This document shows positions 39,501-51,500 of a DNA stretch of 64,000 nucleotides, one piece after another. Each line of letters opens with the position of its first letter. The first letter of the stretch is position 1. The stretch spans positions 4,364,228 through 4,428,227 of the forward strand of contig NW_019091357.1 in assembly GCF_001949145.1 (NCBI RefSeq), in the 5' to 3' direction. The translations under genes were made by a program, and so were the position numbers. The notes beneath the pieces were generated by a model, which saw only the letters and a list, made by a program, of their open reading frames with translations, had not been told where the DNA came from and made no database searches. This DNA comes from Acanthaster planci (taxonomy: Eukaryota).

Positions 39501-42500
39501 CCAATAGAAGTTATGAGATTTTTCCACATGGTTGCAGTGCCATGTGTGTTATTTTAAAAGAAAATTATCCATCATCTCAAAATCCATTCCTGTGTTACAC
39601 ATGCGTGCAATGCTCATTCAGCATTGGTCGTGTTAAATTCTTGAGATAGGCATTTTTTTTATCAATGGAATCTGATTCGTCCTTTTACCATGTCACACTG
39701 GTAACCAGATACAGGTACGAGTACATCTGGTACCTGTACCTCACACACACAAGTTGCATGTACATGTACTTGCAGTGTTCTCAACAGCCTAAAATTATAG
39801 CAGGGCGGCCCACAATGCAAGGAGCGCTAAGCTGTTACGGCGTAGGAACATTTTGGATTCTAGATGTCCTGTGGTGCAATCTAAGGTATTTCCTGGGCAC
39901 TTTCTTCTGACTCCTTGAATCAAATTCGCCCACGGTAACATTTGAAATGAAGGCAAGATTGTTATCGGGAGGTCATCAAAAGTTTTTTTTTTCCTGGGGT
40001 ATTTTTTTCATTTTTTTTTCCTGATTGGAACCCAATATCAAGCGGGTGGTTCGGCAGTGTTTTAGTCGAGACCACTTAGGACTTTCACAGGACCACACAA
40101 GACCAACACAAGACCTCCAGTCTGAATTCAAGTCACAATTCAAATGAACTGCAGCAAAAGCATTCCTTTGTCATTGTTCACCCTGTTACTTGTGACTGGC
40201 CTTGTGCATGGTCTTGTGTCTGGTCTTGTGATGGTCTCGACTACAACACTGGTCATGCTGGTTCGGGGGTTACATGTACATACCTGGGCACAGCGCTAGT
40301 GGATGATGTATGCTTCCCTAATTCCGGATCTCAAAAATAACTCCATGGTCAGATATCAGCCGTAAATCCTATAAATATGGTCAGTAGTCTACCTTGTGTT
40401 TGAAAAACTACAAAATTACTTTCAAAATCTAAGCTTTTAATTTGGACCTGCGGGATCGTCAAAAGGGACAACACTTTTTTTTGAATTTTGTTTTTCTGGT
40501 ATAAAAAGCCAGCTAGAGCCATTGTAGCAAGCTGATTTTCTAATTGATTTCAAGAAAATTAAGTCATAAGTAACAATTTCAGTGAATTAAAAAGTACAAC
40601 TTGCTTAAGTTTTGACTCAAGTTTTTCAGCTGTACTGCAAGCAATCAGCGACTGTTCCTTGTGCTGCACAGTTGACGAACCCATTTTGTCACAAACATGT
40701 ACAGTTCTGTTGCACCCGCATAGTTGAGTTGGCAACGTTCATGAGTACACTAACGGTGTAATCCACAACTAGGACAAAATGTTCATTTAGTTTTGGGCCA
40801 ATTTTTAAAAGCCCTTGGAAACTCCAAAAGTAATTTTGATAAAATCTACATACGATGCAAAAGTTTATAGGACTATAAAGTAAGAAAAAAGTATTTGGAA
40901 TCACACGTACAGAATGACCTATCACCCTGTATTTTTTTGTCGATTTTTTTGGCTCTTGCGATTTTTGACAAGTTTAAAACTGAAATCAAGCTGGCAGAAA
41001 ATTTTTTTTCTAGACGTTTTTGAAAACAAAATTTTGCACAAGAAACTTACATTTCACCTTCCTAACTGAACTTGTTTGAGAATGTAGAATACAAAAGAAG
41101 TAGTTTTAAAAGCAGAAGAAAAGTTTTATTTTAAGCGATCCAGATTTAGGAAAGATCTCCAACTACATGTAGGAAATTGGCTGTATTTTGCAAGGAAAAA
41201 AACGCATTTGAGATATTGGTTCTTGACGCGACAAAATGAAAATGCTATGACCGGGATATTGGAACCAGTCCAGAATTTTGTGCTTAGGTAGTTTACTGCA
41301 TCTGGGTTTGATTACAAACACTGCTGTGAAGTGCTATGCAGTTGTGCTGAATAATGATGGCAAACTCATCATGTTCGCTCCATAAAGTGCGGTAAACTTC
41401 TTTGCATTTAGATAAGCTGTAAAGATGGTCGAGAATAGGGAAAATCCAATAGCAAAAATAGTAGGGCAGTAAGAATTTTGGCACGGCGGCCCGCCCTGCT
41501 AAACCCCTCCTAGAGAACTCTGCACATGTATACGTATATGTTTACAGATTGTACATGTGTGCACTATTATTGTTACACGTAAGATTCGTCACAGAGTATC
41601 AAATCAGTTCTATACCTGTACGTTCATCCACAACTGGTTCCTCTTTTCCAAGCCTGCCTGTATGGATATATGACTGCTCAGTTGGGACATATACGGGGAA
41701 ACGTGGATAAATTTCTCTCAGATGCATCCTTCTTTCCACCTATATCCTCTTGTTTTGAATGGAACAGCCCCCCTCCCCCAGCCTGATTAGACCCTATCCC
41801 ATTAAACTTGCCTTTGCTGATTGATATGCCACAACTGGACTGTACCACCGCAGTCCCAGGGGGTTGCCAATATCAACAAGGGCTGATGTTTGAGATAGCG
41901 GGCATACATGTATATGGTATATGAACCAACCTCAGCCTCTAATGGAAAGCTTGGAGGGCCATAATAGCATACAGATGCTGCTTAAATTCACCAAGTACAT
42001 GTAGGGATTTTAGTGTCGTCCAAAACTCACCAAATACAGTCTATATCCTGTATTTTCAGTGTGGCAAGATGTATTTCTTATTGCCCAAAAGAATGTCCAG
42101 TCTGAGAAGACAAGCACCCACCTGTTGTTACGTTTGAATGTAAAATGTAGGAGCACTATGCTCTGCGTAAAGGTATGACAGAATACTTGCACAACCCCAA
42201 AGTTGTACCGGTAGCCAAGACGATGGACCTCCTTGGCTTCGGCAAAAAATGAATGCATGAGTTCATGGGACGGGCTTAAGAGCCTGTGGTTTCCCCTTTC
42301 ATGTGTGTTATTTCTATCTCCAACCGAGCAATTTGGATGCTGCTGTTGCTAGGTAGCAGAGCGCCCTCTGTTGTCTGGCATATCGCCTCTAGTGTTTCCC
42401 CTGTTTTTTGTTTGCGCTATATGGAAACAGAGGTGGTTTTGCAGAAGTCTGGGTATCGCACTTCTTCATTACTGTGCTTGATCCTTAACACTTTCACATG

Positions 42501-45500
42501 CGTGGCATTGCCTTGTCTTTTAGGATGATGGAGGTGCACTTTTTTTACGTATAATGGGAACAGAACCTTCCTTTGTATAAACACGGTCTCGAGCATGAAC
42601 TGGTTAAAATAAAATGAATCCTTCCACTGCCACACAGTGCGCAAGAAGTGCCTCAGCAGTGAAGAGAGACAGGCGAGTCAACTTGCAAGCTGGTGTCTTG
42701 TGGGCTGGGCCCACACGCGAAGGCCATGCTTTTTTGTCGTGTACATTCAGATGAAAACTATATCGCGCACGTTGTATTCCACATCGCACTTTGTGTCCTG
42801 CCCATGTGCAAAACCTGTCTGTTTTTTGATGTGTGCGTTCAGATGAAATTTGGTCTCACAAACCGTATATGTATTCCACAGCACGCCATGGGCTGTGCCC
42901 ACATCCGAAACCCATGGGATTTGGTTGTGCACATTCAGATAAAACCTACTGTATTCCATGCTTCACATGAGCTGACAAAGTAATGTGCATAGAACAGAGA
43001 ACATAGAACCCAGCTGGCCAGAGTGTTTAAAACATTTAAAGTGATTAAAGTCTGAAATGGCACTTGTTGACTTAACTACATGCAGAATGGCTAGGTGTTA
43101 GTGATCTTAGTTACATACATGTACATTTTGTTTTAATAAGAGGCCAGTTACAAGTAAGGGATAGTTAAGCTCCGTTGATTATGGATAATTGCTGATATTG
43201 ATATATCGGCAGCCTGATATTGATAATACCGATATATCAAATTTTGTAAATCAAAGAATGTTGTCAAGCTCAAAGCCAGTGGCATAATGCTGAACACCTT
43301 TTGCAGTTAGGTGGCATAGGCCCCTACCAATTGGTCCTAACTGTGCAGCATGCAATAAGTCTGCCGGTATTCGCAAGCTGTTTTAATCTTCCCCAAACAA
43401 AAGAGCAGGGCTCGCAAAATTTTTAAAAATGTAGTTGCCCCTCAGGCAGGGGAGTCTTAAGTCTGGTTGCCCGAATTTCATTTCCAGTTGCCCAAGAAGG
43501 AAGATTTTGCCCCACATGGTCTCCAAGCTTTTAGTTATTACAGTCATTTTCTTAATTCCAGATCTCTTGAAATAAATACCCTTTTTGCTATTGCTATGCA
43601 GCATAACACGCTGAGACAACTTCTTTTTAAAGGTAAAATAAAAGTTTTGCAGTACAAATGTTCCCACAAAATTTCAAGAAGAGGAATTCCGACCAAATTT
43701 CCAATTCGCGCTTCGACGTTCGTTGACGATCAAAAATCACGGAAACACAAAAAAAAATCGAAACCTGAAAAATTTACAGGTCGGTAGGTCACTCACTTCG
43801 CAAGATTCTATGAACATTTTTCCTTGTTTCAGATCATACATGCAAGTACACGTACGAATGTCGCGAACTCAATTACATGTGCGTAACAGATTTGTATGTG
43901 ACGTAATGGGTTTGTCAACTTTGCGGCATAGGGGGGGATTTATAGTCGATGGCTCGCTGAGCAGCAAAGTTAAGTCAAAATTTATGCAGGCTATCAATTT
44001 TAATGCACAAAATTCTAATACTTAAATTAATTCTCTTTAAAATAAGACATGCGTCACCAGAAAAAATGCTTGTTACAATTTTTGGGATGAGAAATGGGTT
44101 TACGCTTGACTGTACTTTACTTGACTCGCACTCTTCACTCATAGTAGATCCTGCAAGACAAAAAGAACAAAAAGCATAAAAAAGAAGCCATTTTTTGAAG
44201 TAAGGTAGACCTCTGATCCCATTTTATTGGAATTTGAGGATAATTGAGCTGTAATACGACTGGATATAGTTTTTGCGATTCGGAACAACAATTGAATATA
44301 GACGCTGCTGCGGCCGCTGCATTTTTCATGCCAACTATTCGACCGGACATATCACGATGCACGATTCGACCGGACGAACATGTACCACTGTGAGCCTACC
44401 CCAAAGTACAGTCGTGCAACATCAAGGTTAGGATGTCAATCTTTTTTTGTGATCTGTTTTTTTTTTTGTACACGGTGCTGAAATGTCTAAAATGCCAGGA
44501 TTAAAATTGAACATTTGGTTGTCCGACAAAATATTTTGGTTGTCCCGGGATGTCGGACTACCGATTCTGCGAGCCCGGAAAAGTACCTGACAACACCAAC
44601 AACCTGCGGTCACAATGATATATTTCAATACGAAGGCATGCGTATTCCGGCCAGTCCACCATCTGAGCGGCTGGCTGGACTGATGATGTATCTCATTTCA
44701 ATATGAATTTTACTTGCCCAAACCCTGGTTTAGTTGCTCATTCCTCCGTCAACCAATCACCATTGATGAAATTGCTACACCGCAATACCACATGAATATA
44801 CATCACCCCCAACTATTGTTTGTGTGCAGAGAGTGCGCAGGACTTTGATGCATCATTCACATAAGTTCAGGCCACGGCTGAACTGCTGCTTCTTAACTGC
44901 TGGACAATTTTGCCTGATGTCATATATGCAAAACGCACACACACAAGTACCACATAAAAATTCACAAATGTTGAAGTTACAGCCACATGTAAAACAGTCT
45001 TCAAGCTTCCGGCCATCAAAGCTCTGCTGCGCCGCATGTGCAATCACCAATGAGATTTGGTACCCAGACACAAGGGTATTTTACAGTATATTTTTGTACG
45101 CATTTTCCCTTGTGTGGAAAGGTGCCCTGCTAAATGGACAGCATGTTTAACACACACAAGTTTTTACCATGTACATGTAAATAACGATACAAAAAAACAT
45201 CGTACACCACATAGTTGTTTACTTTTTACCCCTTTTTATAAGATTTGTGAAGAGGAAGAAACACATCTAAGGTAAATTGCTGACTGCTAATCTTGGCCAC
45301 GAAAACAGACACTTTTATTTCAAGACATTGTCTATAACAACAACTAAATATACTTAATTATAATTTTTTCTCATTATAGGGGCACTTTTATATATCAATT
45401 TCAATGTTAAAGTGATATCGTTCATATCGATATCAAAGCAAAATCAATATATCGGATATTATCAATATATGGACAGACCGTAATACTGTTATTGTATCTG

Positions 45501-48500
45501 TTAAGGCACAAATGTGTATTCCTTTCTTCGTGCCATCAACAGTGGTCTTTTGACTTCTTGCGAGGGACCCCCCATCAATTTTGTACACTGTTTTGAGCCC
45601 CTCCCAAAACCTGGTAGACCCCTGTGCCCTCTATTTGCTCTCGATTGAAAAAGGTCCACACTGGCCTGCCCACTTACATTGACATCCACAAAAAAACTCT
45701 GCTTGCAGTATACACTCCTTGAAAATTTAACGTGCTTTGAGGACACAAACGCAGCAGAGGAAAAAATGCAATTTTTTTGTCCAACGGCAACTGCTTGGAT
45801 CATTAAGGCCGCATATGAACCAGGAATTCTTGCCCTGATGCCAACCAGTTACTTTTTCATCTGACAGATCTACCAGTGAATGCGAAAGAAATGTTAGACC
45901 AGTTGTCATGAAAAGGCTGTATTTGAAAATAAGATTTCAGGCATAGTTTTGAAATGTCCCAGCAGTTTTTGTCACTCGGCCACGTACTATTATTATTATT
46001 CATTTTACACATGTATTCTGTTATTTAACCCTAAAGGTCCCAAATCCTCCAGTTTCAATATGATTTTACATACCCTGAGGGGGTTAGGGTTAATATTTCT
46101 GGTTATGAAACCAAGGATTCCTCAAAAGCACCCTCGGCCTGTAGTCCACAGACCTGAAGAAACCTTTAGAGAGGAGACAGTGAGAAGCACTTAAATTTGG
46201 AGAAGTGGGAAGACAACTCCAGATGAATATTCTGGTTAGAAAAAAAAACAGTTAAATCAGGTAGGGAGTACAAACCCAAATAGCTAATCTTCACGTTGAC
46301 CGAGCTGGGAATTGAACCTAGGCTGCAGAGGTGAATAGCCAGGAAAGAACAACTACGACAATCTGATTCCCTTAATCTCATCAAATTGTTTGTTGTTTGT
46401 TCCTCTCTACGTGTATTTTGGCCCGTTCTGATAACCATGCAGTGCTTTTTAGTTGTTGTGAAAAAAAATTGTAAAAAAAAAAATTGTTGTCAGGGAATAT
46501 AAAACAAAATCTAGCTCTAGCCACATAAAAACCATGCCTTTTGTTCAAGTTTAGTTGTTTTAAATGACAAGGTTAATTTTTTCATTGATGTAAGAATGAT
46601 CAGTTGTGAACGCAACTGAACCCAAAAAATTCTCATTCTCCTACAAACCAAAAATTCCTTTTTTTCCTGTTTTTCATTTATTTGGAAGTACTGAAAATTG
46701 GAGGAGGAAAATGCTGTGTGTTACTTAGCAGATGAACATTGTATTGTAACAAAGAAAGTTGGACAAAGGCACTGACTCCAGAAGCACAAAGACTCACTTC
46801 AACAAAAGAAAACCTCCACTTGAATCCTCATCCCAAGTTTGACAGGGAGTAGTTTTCTGGACTGCTATTATTATGCTAATGAGGCAATTTAATTATGTTG
46901 CAAGGGCCATGTAAATCATGCCATCTGCCCCTCCTGAGGCCGCGGTGCTCCACCGCCACCACAGCAAAAAATAAACCCCCTCTAATCCCAGTGCTGCAGT
47001 CCAAACTCAGTTATATTACTATTAAGTTTATTATCTCAGCGATTCTTTGACTGTGGGGTTGTTTTATTATTACGCAGATGTTGTGCATAGTAAATAGCGC
47101 TGCGTCTTTGTTGAGTGGGCCCCGAGCCTCATAAAGAAAGGGCCAATGAAAGTTGGCCAGTGGGAAAGATATGTACACTACTAGTGTCACTGTGCGGCGG
47201 ACTAGTAACGTCGTAGTGGCACTAGTGCTGACGTATGCGCGCCGGACTGTAAACTTCACTCGGGATTTTTTTTTCCCCTCCCACTAATTCTTGGCTGAAA
47301 AGAAACAACTGTGTCTGTGGATTTGTGCTGTTTCCCCTGAACCCCTCTTGGAATATTGCTGTGCTGGGAATGCCCACAAGCCTCTCTGTGCATGCATGTG
47401 GATGATTTTGGAAAAGGTAGGCAACTTTACTAGTTCATGTGTGGCAATTTCATTTTGATTTTTTTTTTTCTCTCTCTCTCTCCGTGGAAAGTCTGCGGCA
47501 CGATGACGATGCGCATAAAAAGTGAACTGCGGCTGGGTGTGTGTGTGTGTCTGTATGATGGTGTAGGAGAGTGTGTGCTGTGTTGAGAAGTGGCTCAAGT
47601 ACCAGTACCTTTGGAAAGGCTTTTGTTTTATTTGCCACAAAAAAAGTACCTGCATTATTTCCTGGCCTGAAACATTCCCCTGTACTGCAGGGATGTGGAC
47701 TACAACTTGGTGGTGTTTTGGAGAGGAGAAAGTCAGGACAGACCAGGGAATTTACCACGAATGCGGGAGCAGGTGTCTCTTTTTTTTTTTTGGTTGTTGT
47801 TGTTGCCACTTTGACAACCAGGCAGCCATGTTTGTCAGACTGCAACAAAGTTACACTGTGATGTTTTGCAGTTATCCCCCTTAAATCCCTGGAATGACCA
47901 CCGAAGGGGGACCAGGACTATCAAGGGGTGGCATGGCAGGTGGGGTGGTGATTTGGGGGCGTTTTCGGGCCATGCCCTCCCTGGAGATTGGCCAAACGGA
48001 GGTGGAGTGTGGCACTCGGCTAAGTTTTTCTCTCTCCAATATGGCTACTCACCGTAGCATCACTAGTGCTACTTTTTTCTTTCTTCTTTGGGCTGGCGGG
48101 AGTTGTTTGTGCACAGTGTGGTGTGCTGGCTTGGACTTTGATAGACTTGGGCAATTCATGCATGGTAAAGGAGTGGGTAGATGGAGAAGATGGACACAAC
48201 AGATAGAGAAAGAGGGCTTTTTGCATTTGTCATTCAGTGACCTTACTTTGCAATCTGAAACATTCACAGGTAGTTTCAGTGGCTCAGAGTTTGTTTTTTC
48301 TTTTTTTTTCCCGGGGGCAAATTTTCAGTCTCCGTTTTCAAAGATTTTATATTCATGGGATGACATGATGAAAAAAAATATGTGCATGTATGTTGTAATT
48401 TTCAATGTCGCCTGTGCCTCCGCTTGAGCTTGGTTGGGGGGTATTGTAGGGACAGTTGCCTCGTGCTGTGTGAGATGTGTCCGTGTGAATGGGCACGGAC

Positions 48501-51500
48501 GGTGTGGTGAAGGGGGGGGTTGAATTAATGGTGACTGTGATGACAAACAATGCGTCCCCACTTAGCTGGCTCATTGGAATAATTATGCAGGGCAGGTTGT
48601 GGATGCCGGTCAGGCATTCACTGCTGTCGGGTGGCAAACGGATACTTCACTCTTTGCCGGTTGTTGGGAGCGTGGTATTTCAGAATACAGGATCGCTGGT
48701 AATTTGATGTCACTCTTATTAACCATTTGTGAATATTTATTAAAAAAAAATTTTTTTTTTGGTCGATCCAGTTTTTATCCAGGAGAAAGATGAATTTGCA
48801 GAAGTTTTGGTAAAAGAGATTTTTCATCTGCCAAGTAATTATTAACATCTAATCATTCAGTTTTTAGATTTTTTTCTCAGTGGTGTAGCTGTGTGTGCAT
48901 TTCTTCAATTTTCTTCTTCCAAAAACAACTAAAAACCACCAAAAAAACAGGTGCTGTATTTCTGTCAGTGGCAGCCAGAAATAAGTTCTTGATGAATTCA
49001 CCAGCTGGAAATGTTCGTTAGTCTTCCAACAAATCAGTATGGTGTAAAAAATGGATGTCAGTCACAGAACATGAATTAAACAGAAATCACAAAACAGTGT
49101 AGACAAAGCAGAAACAAACTGGACAAATCCCCCAAATGCAGTGTCTTTCACACTTGATGCCACAACCTTTTAAACCCTGATATTAACTGAAATGCTCCTG
49201 GCATTGAGGAAATGTCATTTACATGCAGATCTTGCATAAAGTTTTTTTTCTCTCAGACGAAAAAGGGAAAAAGTATTGTATTTTTCATAATACATTTATC
49301 CCAGAATGAAATACATAAAATGTAGTTCTAGGTTTTACTGTGTTTTCCTCTATTAAATGCAAGCTGATATGTTTTCTTCACCATTGGCCTTCATTTTCTG
49401 CCCTTCGTTGTCTTTATGGATTGATTTCTTCATTTCCGCCCGTTTGGTTCTTGCGGTTAATCATTCCCCGAAATTCAAAACTTGCCAAGTAATTACTCAA
49501 GATGAAGCGAGACTTTGCATCCCATCTCATGGCCAGTGTTGAAAAGTCCCCTCGCTCTCAACCTTTGTGCTGCCAATTTCAGGGCCGTGGAAGTTCGGAG
49601 CCAGGGCTGTCAATCAATACATGGGAACAGCAGGAGAGAAAGCAATTCACTGTCACCTGTTAAGTAAGGAAACACAAGTGTCTTTGAAGAGCACAACGCC
49701 ATTGGGTTGTGACAAGGGGTAATTTGCATTTGGCCTTCGTGTAATGGAGGAGGGAACCATTTCTTCTGTGTTGAAGTTCAACAGCAAACTTTACAGAAGC
49801 AACTGGGAAAAAAAAGAACTCTTGTCAATTTTGAGTGAAATTGTCTCGCAGGAAACTCTGATATGCCATTCTCTGAAGGGCAGTTCTATGCAAAAGCGAA
49901 AGTTTGAATATGTTGTTAACGACCTTGTCTTAGATCTTAAATAAAAAGAGGCTTTGAAAGCAACAGCCAAAATAATTAAGTAGTTGCACTTTCATGTTTT
50001 CGCAGAACTCGTTTTTGTTGGTACATCATGATTAACAGCGAGGTTGGGTTAGTGAGGTTAGTAACCATGACCAGCATGACCAAATGTCCACTTTTGTGTG
50101 GATTTGCCTTGAACTCAACTGGAAGATGCTCAAGAAAGCTAAGCACAATTGTGCTTTTTTAACATGTATTAAAACATTTTTGGGGAGGGGGGTTGAAATC
50201 AATACTGCTTGACATTAATTGATGCACCGCTGGTATTTAGGGCCAACATATATGGCCTTGGTGAGACTGAATTTGATTGAAAGAGTTTGTCCATAGCGCT
50301 GATTGAAACTTTTGACAACAAAGTGCTGCGGGCCGCATATCATTTGCATTTACGACTACCTGTTCATGCTGAGACTATCCATGCTCAGGAAGTAGTGGGT
50401 CCATCATAAATTGACAAAATGGAGGGACTGGGTATACACAAAATAGAGATGAATCATAAACAGACGAGTGGGACACATACGTGTATTGGGCAATCTGAGC
50501 AGTAATTTTCGCTTTGAATAGTTGAAAATCAGCTGTCAACAGGAGGAATAACAAATGAAAGGAGAAATCCCCCCCCAAAAAAGCAGGTACAGACAGCAAT
50601 GAAATGAAGGAAAAGCTTTAAAAGTGTGGCTTCTCCTGAATCTGCTTACAAAGGAATTTAGATACATAGTTGTCTAAAATCTTGCCAGAAAACTTACACT
50701 TTCTACACTGTAAGTGGTTTGATTCATAATGTGTGATGAGATTTTTAAAACAGTTAAAGTGTTTTCTGTTTGCATCTGTTCGACAAGAACTTCCAATAGT
50801 GGCTGGAACTTTTATAATAACAAAAGGCGATTTTATATTTGTCAGGGTTTGGGATGGGGTTTTGCACGAGTAACACTGACCTTTTCTTCACTCATTTTGT
50901 TGCATGTGGATTTTTACAAGAGTTTCTCTCTAAATGTCTAACAAGTGTTCTGATTCTTGAGCCTCTTTTTAAAAGGTTGCTGCAGTCAAATGGTTTCACA
51001 CCAAAGTCAGTTGAATTTTCCACTTTGCATTTAATTTGTTAACTTTAGTTCGATGCTCAAAGGAATACCAGTGATTTTTTATTTATTTATTTATTTGTTT
51101 GTTTTTTTTACAGTTTGGTAAATTTCTTGGTCAGTTGTGGGCAACAGCAATATTTATGATAAAGTTTTCCATATTGATATTTTTTAAGGCCTTGCCTGGG
51201 CACAGACTGAAAAAATATTGCACCATGGCTCCCAAGCCCTGTCCTGAACAAAGAAACTTGTCAATATTTCCAATCTGATGACAGGGTCGGTTATTGTACA
51301 GGATTACACGCTGTGCCCAGCCACAATATGCCAAACCACTTTGTGAACAGTTTGATGAAAAGATTGCAGCCTTGTGTCTCTACTTCTCTGTGTGTGTGTA
51401 TGTGTGTGTATTTGTGCAGTGTGTATGGGAGGGGGGGTGGAACACAGAGAGTGGCGCGTGCGGGGCAGGGTGCAGGGACTAATTACATGAATAACTAATG

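Noticed and set aside
42690..42965. CRISPR-like repeat-spacer pattern
   Set aside because: Eukaryotic intron, degenerate repeats, mutually similar spacers and no cas genes
46020..46095. TAACCCTAA/TTAGGGTTA as a telomerase RNA template or telomeric repeat
   Set aside because: Only about 1.5 units forming a short inverted pair, with no pseudoknot or H/ACA context seen
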